The position numbers and the translations under genes are program-made. 64,000 nucleotides of DNA. Origin: the human T2T-CHM13v2.0 reference genome, Homo sapiens. Shown here one piece after another: positions 1-13,160 of the stretch. Position 1 is the first letter of the stretch, and the number at the start of each line of letters is the position of its first letter. The notes under the pieces were generated by a model. The model made no database searches and was not told where the DNA came from. It worked only from the letters and a program-made list of their open reading frames with translations. Location of the stretch: NCBI RefSeq assembly GCF_009914755.1, contig NC_060925.1. The stretch is one strand, 5' to 3'.

Positions 1-1046
1 CGCAGATCAGCAGATTCCCTCCTGAGCCTACACCACCAGAACCCTGGGTTTCAAGCACAAAACTGGGTGGCTGTTTGGGCAGGCACTGAGCTGCAAGAGT
101 TTTTTCATACTCCAGTGGTGCCTGGAACTCCAGTGAGACAGGAGAACCTTCCACTCCCCTGGAAAGGAGGCTGAAGCCAGGGAGCCTAGTGATCTTGCTC
201 AGCAGGTCCCACTCCCATGGAGCCCAGCAAGCTAAGAACCACTGGCTTGAAATTCTCACTGCCAGCACAGCAGTCTGGAGTCAGTCTGCGACAATCGAGT
301 TTGGTGGGGGAGGGGCAACTGCCTTTACTGTGGCTATAGTAGGCAGTTTTCCCCTGATAGCGCTAAGGAGACTGGGAGGTTTATACTGGGAGGAATTCAC
401 CACAGTGCAGCAAAACAGCTATGGCCAGACTGCTTCTCTAGATTCCTTCTCACTGGGCAGGGCATCTCGGCAGCAAATCCAGCAGCTCCAGTCAGGGGCT
501 TCCAGACCAAACTCTCCTCTCCCAGGAACAGAGCACCTGGGGGAGAGGTGGCTGTGGTCTCAGGTTCAGCAGACTTAATCTTTCCTGCCTGCAGGCTCTG
601 AAGAGAGTGGGTGATCCTGACAAGGGGGATTCTCCCAGAACAATACACCAGCTCTGCCAAGGGACAGACTGCCTCCTCAAGCAGGTCCCTGAACCCTAGG
701 CCTTCTGACTGGCAGAGACCTCCCAGCAGGGGCCGACAGACACCTCATACAGGAAAGCTCTGGCTGGCATCAGGCCAGTGCCCCTGGGAAGAAGCTTCCT
801 GAGGAAGGAGCTGGCAGCAATCTTTGCTATTCTGCAGCCTCCACTGGTGATACCCAGGCAAACAGGGTCTGGAGTGGACCTTTGGCAAACTGCAGCAGGC
901 TTGCAGAAGAGAGTCATGACTGTTAGAAGAAAAACTAACAACAGAAAGCAACAACAACATCAACGAAAAAGACCACCCTCCCCTCTACAAAAACTATGTC
1001 CAAAGGTCATCAGCCTCAAAGATCAAAGGTAGATAAATCCATGAAG

Positions 1047-2064
1047 ATGAGGAAAAACCAGCACAAAAATGCTGAAAATACCAAAAGCCAGAATGCGTCT
1101 TCTCCTCCAAATGATTGCAACACCCTCTCCAGCAAGGGTGCAAAACTGAACAGAGAATGAGATGAATGGATTGACAGAAGTAGGCTTGAGAAGATGGGTA
1201 GTAACAAAGTATGCTGAGCTAAAGGATCATGTTCTAACCCAATGCAAACAAGCTAAGAACCTTGATGAAAGGTTAGAGGAGCTGCTAACTAGAATAACCA
1301 GTTTAGAGAGGGACATAAATGACCTGATGGAGCTGAAAATCACAGCATGAGAACTTTGTGAATCATATACAAGTATCAAGAGCTGAATCAATCAAGTAGA
1401 AGAAAGGATATCAGAGTCTGAAGACCATCTTGCTGAAATAAGGCATGTAGACAAGATTAGAGAAAAAAGAATGAAAAGGAATGAACAAAACCTTCCAGAA
1501 CTATTGGACTATGTATAAAGACCAAACCTACAATTCATTGGAGTATCTGAAAGAGATGGGGAGAATGGAATCAAGTTGGAAAACACACTTCAGGATATTA
1601 TCCAGGAAAAAAAATCCCCAACCTAGCAAGACAGGCCAACATTCAAATTCAGGAAATACAGAGAACACCACTAAGATACTGCATGATAACAGCAACCCCA
1701 AGACACATAAATCATCAGATTCTCCAAGGTTGAAATGAAGGAAGAAACTTTAAGGGCGACCAGAGAGAAAGATAAGGTCATTTACAAAGGGAAGCCCATC
1801 AGGCTAATAGCGGATCTCACAGCAGAAACCCTACAAGCCAGAAGAGACTGGAGGCCAATATTCAATATTCTTAAAGAAAAGAGTTTTCAACCCAGAATTT
1901 CATATCCAGCCAAACTAAGCTTCATAAGTGAAGGAGAAATAAAATTCTTTCCAGACAAGCAAATGGTAAGAGATTTCATCACCAACAGGCCTGCCTGCAA
2001 GAGCTCCTCAAGGAAACACTAAATATGGAAAATAAAAACTGGTACCAGCCACACCAAAATATAA
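1047..2064 (+). pseudogene. Disrupted L1 ORF1p (RNA-binding protein) remnant
   Basis: Starts ATGAGGAAAAACCAG. Fragments 1162-1350 (coiled coil) and 1735-2022 (KGKPIRLIADLTAETLQARRDW...FQPRISYPAKLSF) match ORF1p. Broken by stops and frameshifts. Confidence 0.9.
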
Positions 2065-2127
2065 TGACCAATGACATTATGAAGAAACTGCATCAAGTAG
2101 TTTGCAAAATAACCAGCTAACATCATG

Positions 2128-5100
2128 ATGACAGGATCAAATTTACACATAACAATATTAACTTTAAATGTAAATGGGCTAGATGTGCCAATTAAAAGAC
2201 ACAGACTGACAAATTGGATAAAGAGTCAAGACCCATGTGTGTGCTGTATTCAGGAGACCCATCTCACTTGCAAAGACACACATATGCTCAAAATAAAGGG
2301 ATGCGGGAAAATTTACCAAACAGATAGAAAGCAAAAACAAACAAACAAACAAACAAAATAAAACAAAACAAAAAAAAACAGGGGTTGTAATCCTACTCTC
2401 TGATAAAACCAACAAAAATCAAAAAAGACAATGAAGGGCATTATATAATTGGTAAAGGGATCAATGCAACAAGAAGAGCTAAGAATCCTAAATGTATATG
2501 CACCCAATACAGGAGCACTGAGATTTATAAAACAAATTCTTAGAGACCTACAAAGAGACTTAGGCACCCACCCAGTAACAGTGGGAGACTTTAACACTCC
2601 ACTGTCAATATTAGCGCAATGAGGCAGAAAATTAAAAAGGATATTCAGGACTTAAACTCAGCTCTGGAGCAAGTTGACCTAATAGACATCCACAGAACTC
2701 TCCACTCCAAATCAACAGAATATACATTATTTTCAGTGCCATATTGCACTTATTCTAAAATTGACCACATAATTGGAAATAAAAGATTCCTCAGCATATG
2801 CAAAAGAATTGAAATAATAACAAACAGTCTCTCAGACCACAGTGCAATCAAATTATAACTCAGGATTAAGAAACTCACTCAAAACCACACAACTACATGG
2901 AAACTGAACAACCTGCTCCTGAATGACTACTGGGTGAATCATAAAATTAAGGCACAAATCAAGAAGCTCTTTGAAGCCAATGAGAACAAAGAGACAGCAT
3001 ACCAGAATCTCTGGAACACAGCTAAAGCAGTGTTAAGAGGGACATTTATAGCAATAAATGCCCACATCAGAAATCTGGAAAGACTTCAAATCTACACACT
3101 AGCATCACAATTAAAAGAACTAGAGAAGCAAGAGCAAACACGTCCAAAAGCTAGCAAAGACAAAGAAATAATTAAGATCAGAGCAGAACTGAAGAAGATA
3201 GAGACCAAAATACCTTCAAAAAATCAATAAATCCAGGAGCTGTTTTTTGAAAAAATTAACAAACTAGATAGATGGCTACCTAGACTAATAAAGAAGAAAA
3301 GAGAGAAGAATCAAATAGACACAATAGAAAATGATAAAGGGGATAGCACCACTGACCCAACGGAAATACAAACTACCATTGCAGAATACTATAAACACCT
3401 CTATGCAAATTAACCAGAAAATCTAGAAGAAATGGATGAATTTCTGGACACATACACTCTCCCAAGACTAAACCAGGAAGAATCTGAATCCCTGAATAGA
3501 CCAATAACAAGTTCTGAATTTGAGGCTGTAATTAATAGCCTACCAACCAAAATAAAGCCCAGGACCAGATGGATTCACAGCTGAATTCTACCAGAGATAC
3601 AAAGAGGAGCTGGTACCATTTCTTCTGAAACTATTCCAAACAATTGAAAAGGAAGGACTCCTCCCTAACTCATATTATAAGACCAGCATCATCCCGATAC
3701 CAAAACCGGGCATAGATACCACAAAAAAAGAAAACATTGGGCCAATATCCCTGATGAACATCGATGCAAAAATCTTCAATAAAATACTGGCAAACCAAAT
3801 CCAGCAGCACATCAAAAAGCTTATCCACCAATATCCAGTTGATGGATATTGGATTTATGACAAACCCATAGATAATATCATACTGAATGGGCAAAAGCTG
3901 GAAGCATTCCCATTGAAAACCAGAACAAGACAAGGATGCCCTCTCTCACCACCCCTATTCAACATAGTATTGGAAGTTCTGGCCAGGGCTATAAGGCAAG
4001 AGAAAGAAATAAAGGGTATTTAAATAGGAAGAGAGGAAGTCAAATTGTCTCTGTTTGCAGATGAGATGATTGTATGTTTAGAAAACCCTATCATCTCAGC
4101 TCAAAAACTCCTTAAGCTAATTAGCAACTTCATCAAAGTCTCAGGATATATAATTAGTGTGTAAAAGTCACAAGCATTCAAATACATCAACAATAAACAA
4201 GCAGAGAGCCAAATCATGAATGAACAATCATTCACAATTGCTACAAAGAGAATAAACTACCTAGGAATACAACTAACAAGGGACGTGAAGGACCTCTTAA
4301 AGAAGAACTGCAAATCACTGCTCAAGGAAATAAGAGAAGACCCACACATAAATGGAAAAACATCCCATGCTCATGGTTAGGAAGAATCAGTATTGTGAAA
4401 ATGGCTGTACTGCCCAAGTAATTTATAGATTCAATCCTATTCCCATCAAACTACCCTTGACATTCTTCACAGAATTAGAAAAATCTACTTTAAATTTCAT
4501 ATGGAACCAAAAGTGAGCCTGTACAGCCAAGACAATCCTAAGCAAAAAGAACAAAGCTGGAGGCATCATGCTACCTGACTTCAAACTATATTACAAAGCT
4601 ACAGTAACCACAACAGCATGGTACTTGTACTAAAACGGTTATATAGACTAATGAAACAAAAAAGAGACAGCAGAAATAACACCACATATCCTGACAAAAA
4701 CAGGTAATGAGAAAAGAATTCCCTATTTAATAAATGGTGCTGGGAATACTGGCTAGTCATATGCAAAAAACTGAAACACAACCCCTTCCTTACACCCTAT
4801 ACAAAAATTAACTCAAGATATATTAAAGACTTAAAAGTAAAACCCAAAACCATAAAAACTCTAGAGGAAAACCTAGGCAATGGCATTCAGGACATAGGCA
4901 TGGCAAAGACTTCATTAAAAAACACCAAAAGCAATTGCAACAAAAGCCAAAATTGACAAATGGGATCTAATTAAACTAAAGAGCTTCTGCACAGCAAAAG
5001 AAAACTAGAAACAGAGTGAACAAGAAACCTATAGGATGGGAGAAAAGTTTAGCAACCTACCCATCTGGCAATGGTCTAATATCCAGAATCAACAAGGAAC

Positions 5101-5757
5101 TTAAACAAATTTACAGGAAAAGGAAACAAACCCATCAAAAAGTGGGCAAAGGATATGAACAGACACTTCTCAAAAGAAGACATTTATGCAGCCAACGAAC
5201 ATATGAAAAAAAGCTCAACATCACTGATCATTAGAGAAATGCAAATCAAAACCACAATGAGAGATCATCTCATGCCAGTCAGAATGGTGATTATTAAAAA
5301 GTCAGGAAACAACAGATGCTGGTGAAGCTGTGGATAAATAGGAATGCTTTTTCACTGTTGGTGGGAATGTAAATTAATTCAACCATTGTGGAAGACAGTG
5401 TGGCAATTCCTCAAGGATCTAGAACCAGAAATACCATTTGACCCAGCAATCCCATTACTGGGTATACACTTATAGGAATATAAATCATTCTACTATAAAG
5501 ATACATGCACACGTATGTTAATTGTGGAACTATTTACAATAGCAAAGACATGGAACCCACCCAAATGCCCATCAATGATAGACTGGATAAAGAAAATGTG
5601 GTACATATAAACTAGGGAATACTATGCAGCCATAAAAAAGAATGAGATCATGTCCTTTGCAGGGATATGGATGAAACCGAAAGCCATGATCCTCTGCAAA
5701 CTAACACAGAAATAGAAAACCAAACATCACATGTTCTCACTCATAAGTGGGAGTTGA
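2128..5757 (+). pseudogene. Disrupted L1 ORF2p (endonuclease/reverse transcriptase) remnant
   Basis: MTGSNLHITILTLNVNGL start. EN, RT and C-terminal fragments lie in order. An (AAAC)n expansion at ~2330-2380 and an internal RT deletion at ~3830-3852. Confidence 0.92.
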
Positions 5758-5979
5758 ACCATGAAAACATATGCACAAAGGGAGAGAAACATCACACACC
5801 AGGGCCTGTCAGGGGTTGGAGGGCAAGGGGAGGGATAGCATTAGGAGAAATACCTAATGTAGATGATGGGTTAATGTGTGCAACAAACCACCATGGCACA
5901 TGTATATCTATGTAACAAACCTGCACATTCTGCACATGTATCCCAGAACTTAAAGTAAAATAAAATAAAATAAAAACTA

Positions 5980-6172
5980 CTGACTGGCTAATAATAATAT
6001 ATCAATATTGGCTAGGCAGTTATAACAAATGTGCCACGCAACTGCAAGACGGTAATAATACAGGAAACTGAGGGCAAGGAGACAGAGGGAATACTGGGAA
6101 CTCTTGTGTTTTCTGTTCAAGTTTCTGTAAATCTAAAACTGCTCTAAAATTAAAGTTTATTTATTTAAAAAA
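5980..6172 (+). mobile_element. Old L1MC-type 3' end fragment
   Basis: TAACAAATGTGCCAC...GGGAACTCTTGTGTTTTCTGTTCAAG...TAAATCTAAAACTGCTCTAAAA followed by an A-rich tail. Confidence 0.7.
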
Positions 6173-6376
6173 ATCATACAGCCTTCTAATTCTCAAATCT
6201 TGTCTTCTTTTAAACTGCCTTCCACACTTTTTCCAGAGTGTTTTAAAATGCGTATTTTGTCACTCTCTACTTAAAGTCCTCATAACCCTCAACATAAACA
6301 CAATTAAATTAAAAACAAGTTTAATTTGACTATGTACTAGATGAAGGGAACACTTTGATAAACAAGCCCACCTATG

Positions 6377-6732
6377 GGATATGGTTTGGTTCGTGTCCCC
6401 ACCCAAATCTTATCGCGAAGTGCAATTTCCACATGTTGAGGGAGGGAGTTGGTTGGAAGTGATTAGATAATGGGGAAGGTTTCCCCCATATTATTCTCAT
6501 GATAGTGAGGGAGTTCTCACCAGGTCTGATGGTTTAAAAGTGGCAGTTTCCCCTGTGCGTGCTCTCTCCTCCCGCCATGTAAGACATACCTTGCTTCCCC
6601 TTTTGCCATGATTGTAAGTTTCTTGAGGCCTCCCCAGCCATGTGGAATTATGAATCAATTAAACCTCTTTTGTTTATAAATTACCCATTCTCAGGTAGTA
6701 TGTTTAAACCAGTGTGAAAACAAACTAATACA
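6377..6732 (+). mobile_element. MaLR solo LTR, THE1 (THE1D-like)
   Basis: (T)GATATGGTTTGG...GTGTCCCCACCCAAATC start and ...ACTAATACA end. 5-bp TSD CTATG at 6372-6376 and 6733-6737. Confidence 0.9.
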
Positions 6733-7736
6733 CTATGTTTTCAGTTTCCAATATTTTTAATTTTCAGGAACACTATAAATCTAGTTTTGGTGTCATAGAG
6801 CATATTTATTGTTTTGCTATTCTTAAATTACTTTCATGATGCTATATGATCTTGGAAAAACAAGTGTCTCTAAACTTTAGATGTTTGTCTATTGACTATC
6901 CTAAAGTGAGCACATACATATTAACACTTTTAACTTTAAAAAACTTCTGTATGTTATTACTGTGCTATTTACTCATTAATGGTTAATTAATCTTTCATGT
7001 GCATAAGTCTTGGTTTCAAACAATTTAGTAGGCTCAGCTAAAGGCATAAAACACATATCATACTGATATATGTCAACTTGTCCCTCCTCCCAATAGTCCC
7101 CAAACACGTTTGAACTTTTAGTTAATATTATTTTCCTTTGAATTTTTATTTTTAGACAGTTGAGTAGTTGTGATACAATGTTGAACAAATACAGATTTCT
7201 TCCCTCTCTGTATTTGTGGAGCTTACCCTCTTGGGCAGGTCAGGAGATAAACATTAAGTAAAAATAGCCATATTTTAAAATTGAATCTATGATAGGGGTC
7301 TGAAAAAGACATGAATATTGCTAAGGGATTGTATGATAGGCTGATTTTAACTGAGGATTTTGTCCAAGAAAACATTCTCATGGCAAAGACAAACATAAAT
7401 ACAAGGAGGAATAGGCATAAGCTAAATAATACAAGAAGGCAAAAGATTTCAAGAGAGAGGAAATTCAATTTGCAAAGCTCTGTGTCACAGGAGCAATTGA
7501 GCTCAGTAGGGGTCCCTGAAAGTTGACACTGTGGCTGGGACAGAATGAACCCCAGGGCATGATGTGTCATGAGGTTAAAGATTTGAACAGGAAATAGGCT
7601 GGACAGGTCTTCTGTTCATACTGAGAAATTTGTCCTTTACATTTTTTTTAAATGTAAGAGTTTTGTTTCCTAGAAATAATGAGAAACACTGGAGCTATTT
7701 TAGCAAAGGAGGGCCATATGAAAATCTGTGCTTTAT

Positions 7737-8400
7737 ACATCATAGTAACAATAGATAATAACAATATATTTCATAATTGAAAATTGCTAACAAAATAGAT
7801 TTTAAGTATTCTCAGCACATACAAGAAAATGGTAAATGTTTGAGATAATGCATATGTTAAATAGTTTGATGATATGACTTGGATCTGTGTCCCCATACAA
7901 ATCTCATGTTAAACTGTAATCCCCAATGTTGGAGGTGGGGCCTGGTGGAAGGTGATGGGATCATGGGGACAGCTTTCTCATGAATGACTTAGCACAATCT
8001 ACTTGGTGCTGTTCTTGTGATAGTGAATGAGTTCTCCTGAGATCTGGTCGTTTAAAAGTGTGTGGCATCACCCCCTCTGTCTCTTGTTCCACATCTGGCC
8101 ATGTGATGTGCCTGCTCTTCCTTGCCTTCTGCCATAATTGTAAGTTTCCAGAGGTCTCCCCAGAAGCCAAGCATATGCTGTAACCATGTTCCCTGTACAT
8201 CCTGAAGAACTGTGAGCCAATTAAACCTCTTTTTTTTTTACAAATTACCCAGTCTCAGGTATTTCTTTATAGAAATGCCAGAATGGCCTAGTACACTTGA
8301 CTTTGTTATTCCACAATGCCTACATATCGAAACATCATATTGTACACCATAAATATACATATATATGTGTGTGTATAACATCAATTACAGTAAATTTAAA
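7737..8400 (+). mobile_element. L1MA 3' end fragment, interrupted by MSTA and inserted in an L2 remnant
   Basis: GAAAATTGCTAA...AGATTTTAAGTATTCTCA...GATAATGCATATGTTAA, resuming TTCCACAATG...ACATCATATTGTACACCATAAATATA. Degenerate TSD AAATCTGTGCTTTATA / AAATCTATGTTTTTATA. Confidence 0.75.
7870..8295 (+). mobile_element. MaLR solo LTR, MSTA-like
   Basis: TGATATGACTTGGATCTGTGTCCCC...CCTAGTACA, 426 bp. TSD TTTGA/CTTGA. Confidence 0.9.
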
Positions 8401-9719
8401 AAATCTATGTTTTTATAAAATCACTCTCGTTGTAATTTGAAAAATAATTTCAAGAGAGGAGCATGAGAAACTTGAGGATACTAGTACACTAATTCAAACA
8501 TGAAGTTGGTAGAAGAACCTTGATTTTTCTTAACTCACTCTACTCAATATTGAAATCTTTTAGAAAGTGACCCAGGCAATTCATCCCTAATGGTATTCTC
8601 CTTGTCATTAGAAGATGATGGGAATAGTTTACCATAAGGAGAATTGCTTCTCACTGTATGGCATATCTCTTTTATTATTCTAATTCATAACAGATAGTGC
8701 AGTCATGTGACAAATATCTTGTTAGTGACAAAAACAAGTTATGATCAGATGAATTCTCATATCTCATCTGCTTTTTCTTGTGTATTTGAATATGCCTCAC
8801 TTTGTTTCATAATGAGCTCTCATAGAGTTCTCCTGTGTATTGTTGCTTCTATCATGGCTATATTTAAAAAGAATATTTGGAAGGAATATCTACAGATTGC
8901 ATATCCAAAAGAGACAAAAATTACAATAGTAAGCAGACACTGATAAAGTCAAGGACAGTAACATATTTAAGACTGATTGCAAAACGTATCCAAGAAAATG
9001 TAATCTATAGAAATGATTCTGAGGGCAGGAAAAGGAGAATGGTGGCTTTACCATGCTTTTGCTGGTGGTAAGAAAGTTTCTTAAATTATGTGGGCAGGGT
9101 ACAATGTATTTGGATTTTTTCTGTAATGTACAAAATTCTTGCTTGGGAAAATTTATTAAAATTGCATCCTCCTGTAAGTGAATATTTAAACTATGATTCA
9201 TTATAGCAGTATTTCTTATTTTTTTATTCTGTTCCTTTATCTGCAATTTTAATCAATGATTATTCTTTCTTCATTTTTGCTTTGTTTTAACTTTCTTTTT
9301 ACAGTTTTATTTAGAGAAGGCTTTCTCTACATATAAATGATAAGTTATATGTTGTCCTTGGGAAAATGTATACTCTAGGCTTCCCCTCTCACTGCCCACT
9401 ACATTTGCCCAGGGCATTCATTCATTCACTCATTTTGGTTTTGTCTTGACCCTTAAAGTCTGGTGTTTAATGTCAGAGGTTTTCAGCCCTTGTTTGGAGG
9501 CATCATATGATTAAATTTTTGATTTATTTTTTTGTATATATTATGAATTATTTTGTTAAACCTGAATCCATTAGAAGAGAGTTTGCTTTAACATTCTGAA
9601 ACCAAATTTATCTTCAATAGTGTCATATCATTTTTCTCTGTAGTTTAAGTGTTAATGGTCAAATAAAAAAGTGCCATCATCTGGTATACAGATTTAAATT
9701 AATTCCATTAATTTAATGA

Positions 9720-10080
9720 GTATCTTAGTCAATGTGGGCTGTTATAACAAAATACTATAGACTACATGGCTTAAAAACAACAGAAATTTATTTCTCATAG
9801 TTTTGGAGGGTGGATGTCAGAGATTAGGGTGCCAGCATGGTTGGATTCTGGTGAGGACCAACTTCCAGGATTTAAACTATGGATTTCTCTTTATAGTCTC
9901 ACATGATGGAAAAATAAGGCCAGAGAGCTCTCTAGTATCTCTCTTTATAAGGACACTAATTCCATTCATGAGATTTCTACCCTCATGACCTAAATTACTT
10001 CTCAAAGGACCCACCTACTAATATTGTCATCTTTTTACCATATAAATTGCGGGGGGTCAGGGGGGATGAACTCTGTCTAC
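9720..10080 (-). mobile_element. MaLR LTR, MLT1A-group
   Basis: TATCTTAGTC...GGGCTGTTATAACAAAATACTATAGACT...AGAAATTTATTTCTCATAG...TTATAAGGACACTAAT...CTCATGACCTAA, the reverse of MLT1A. Confidence 0.8.
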
Positions 10081-10486
10081 AAAAATGAGGTTTTCTTACT
10101 CTTGACATATTTTTAAAAAGAAAGAAACTTTAAAAGGTATTTCATTTCATTTTTACATCAAATCCAATTAAGTGTCAGTAAGCACAATATTTCAGTCTAG
10201 TTTCTTTTTCTTGTTTAGAGATCAAATATATTTAGGAAATTTATTTCAATACACAAAGTGTCATTACTCTCAGGAATCTACTGATGTCAAATGTGCATGT
10301 GTTTCATGGACATAAGGGCATAAATGTCTTCAAACTGGCCACTCGAACTTGATCTCTGATATTTTTGGGTCACTCTTAGAAAATAAAATTTCTTCCAAAC
10401 TATTCTCATCAAAAAAGAACATTGGGTTTGTAATTATTCTGTATAGTATATTATAACAACAACAATAATAAAGCCTCTAAACCTTG

Positions 10487-12717
10487 CAAAAATGACATGA
10501 TTATTACAATAGACACAGAAAAAGCATTTGACAAAATCCGACATCCCTTTATGACAAAACCCTCAGCAAAATCAGTATAGAAGGAACATAACTTAATGTA
10601 ATAAAAGCCATCTCTGACAAACCCACAACCAACATAATATTGAATGGGAAAAAGTTGAAAGCATCTCCCCTGAGAACTGAAACAAGACAAGGATGCCCAC
10701 TCTCACCACTTCTATTCAACGGAGTGCTGGAACTCCTCGGTAAAGAGGAAGCCAAACTCTCGCTGTTTGCTGATGATATGATCATATACCTAGAAAACCC
10801 TAAAGACACCTCTGAAAAGCTCCTAGAACTGATCAATGAATTCATCAACGTTTCAGGATAAAAAAAAGCAATGTATATAAGTCAGTAGCTCTGCTATACA
10901 CCAACAGTGACCAAGCTGAGAATCAAATCAAGAATTCAACCTTTCTTTACAATAGCTGCAAAAAAATACATAATACTTAAGAGTATACCTAACCAAAGAG
11001 GTGAAAGATTTTTTACAAGGAAAACTATAAAACACTACTGAAATAAATTGTAGACAACACAAACAAATGGAAACAGATCCCATGCTCATGGATGGGTAGA
11101 ATCAATATTGTGAAAATGACCATACGGCCAAAAGAAATCTGGAAATTCAATGGAATTCCCATCAAAATACCATTATCTTTCTTCACAGAAGTAGAAAAAA
11201 CATTGTAAAATTTATATGGAACCAAAAAAGGGCCCGCATAGCCAAAGCAAGACTAAGCAAAAATAATCAATCTGGAGGCACCACATTACCTGACTACAAA
11301 ATATTATAAGCTATAGTCACCAAAGCAGCATGGTACTAGTATAAAAATAGGCAAATAGACCAATGGAACAGAATAGAGAATGCAAAAATAAGGCCAAATA
11401 CTTACAGAAAACTGATCTTCAGCAAAAGAAACAAAACCATAAAATGAGGAAAGGACACCCTATTCAACAAACGGTGTTGGGATAATTGGCAGGTCACATG
11501 TAGAAGAATGAAACTGTATCCTCATCTCTCACCTTACAAAAACCAACTCAAGATAGATCAAGGACTTAAATCTAAGACCTGAAACTATAAAAATTCTAGA
11601 AGATAACATCATAAAAACTCTTCTAGACATTGGCTTAGGCAAAGACTTCATGACCAAGAACCCCAAAGCAAATGCAACAAAAACAAAGATAAATAGATGG
11701 GACTTAATCAAACTAAAAAGTTTCTGCACAGCAAAAGAAACAATCAACACAGTAAACAGACAGCCCACAGAGTGGGAGAAAATCTTCACATTCTATACAT
11801 CTGACAAAAGACTAATATCCAGAATCTACAAGGAACTCAAATAAATTAAGAAGAAAAAAATAAACAATCCCATCAAAAAGTGGGCTAAGGATATTAATAG
11901 ACAATTCTCAAAAGAAGATATACAAATGGCCAGCAAATGTATGAAAAAATTCTCGACATCACTAATGATTAGGGAAATGCAAATGAAAACCACAATGTGA
12001 TACCATCTCAGTCCTCCAGGAATGGCCATAATCAAAAAATAATAGATATTGGTGGGGATGTGGTGTAAAGGGAACACTTTTACACTGTTGGTGAGAATGT
12101 AAACTAGTACAACCACTGCGGTTAAAGGTGAACAATGTGGAGATTCCTTAAAGAACTAAAAGTAGAACTACCATTTGATCTAGCAATCCCACTACTGCAT
12201 ATCTACCCAGAAGAAAAGAAGTCATTATACACAAAAGATACTTGTACACGCCTGTTTTAGTGGTACATTTTGTAATTGTGAAAGTATGGAACCAGCCTAA
12301 ATGCCCGTCAATCAATGAGTGGAAAAATAAATTGTGGTATATATATATATACCATGGAGTACTACTTAGCCATAAAAAGGAACAAAATAATGGTATTCAC
12401 AGCAATCTGGATGGAGTTGGAGATCATTATTCTAAGTGAAGTAACTCAGAAATGGAAAACCAAACATTGTATGTTCTCAGTCATAAGTGTGAGCTAAGCT
12501 ATGAGTATGCAAAGGCATAAGAATCATACAATGGACTTTAGGGACTCCAGGGAAAGGCTGGGAGGGGAGTGAGGGATAAAAGAATACAAATTGGGTACAG
12601 TGTATGCTGCTCAAGTGACAGGTGCACCAACATCTTAGAAATCACCACTAGATAATTTATTCATGTAACCAAACACCACCTGCTCCCCAAAACCCTATGG
12701 AAATAAAAAATAATAAA
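10487..12717 (+). mobile_element. 5'-truncated LINE-1, L1PB1-like
   Basis: Begins in RT ([26 protein letters not shown]). L1PB-type 3' end GGGTACAGTGTATGCTGCTCAAGTGACAGGTGCACC...GAAATCACCACTA...AAATAAAAAA. A ~45-bp deletion near 10738. Confidence 0.92.
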
Positions 12718-13035
12718 TGAAACAGTACCTAGAATATGGTGGGTGCTCAATGAATATTGGTTGGATGAATTAAAAAAATTTCCAACTATGACCAATATAA
12801 TTGGTTGCTTTTATGGTATAAATATAGAGTCCTTAAAAGGGCCCATTATATGGTAAGACCTGGTTTTTGAAGAGTTCTCTCCCAATATTGATTATTTTAC
12901 CACTAATAGTTTGAGTCCTACTTGTCACCCAGGTTCTTGTCTGTAAAGCCCAGGATTTCATATTTGGAACATATAAAATATGCAAATAATTAACATATTT
13001 AATGTATAAAACTCTTAAATAAAAAGATAACTAAC

Positions 13036-13160
13036 AGAAGGAAGGAAAGAGAGAAAGAAAGAAAGGTAGATAGAAAGAAAGAGAAAGACAGAAAGAAAGA
13101 AAAAGAAAGAAAGAAAGAAAAAGAAAGAAAGAAAGAGAAAGAAAGAAAGAAAGAAAGAAA
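13036..13160 (+). repeat. (GAAA)n-rich simple repeat
   Basis: Run of GAAA/GAAAA/GAGAAA units seen directly. Confidence 0.95.

Larger units (their letters stand above)
1..5976 (+). mobile_element. LINE-1, near full length (5' end lies outside the window), L1PA7/L1PA8-like, inactive
   Basis: 5'UTR ~1-1046, then ORF1 and ORF2 remnants: EN motifs TLNVNGL, CCIQETHL, SDHSAIKL and RT motif RQGCPLSP. L1PA-type 3'UTR (GGGAGGGATAGCATTAGGAGAAATACCTAATGTAGATG...) and (TAAAA)n tail. Many stops and frameshifts. Confidence 0.97.

Noticed and set aside
189-1032. ORFs of up to 129 aa in the first kilobase
   Set aside because: They lie in the GC-richer L1 5'UTR with non-ATG or weak starts. I cannot support ORF0 or any host gene here.
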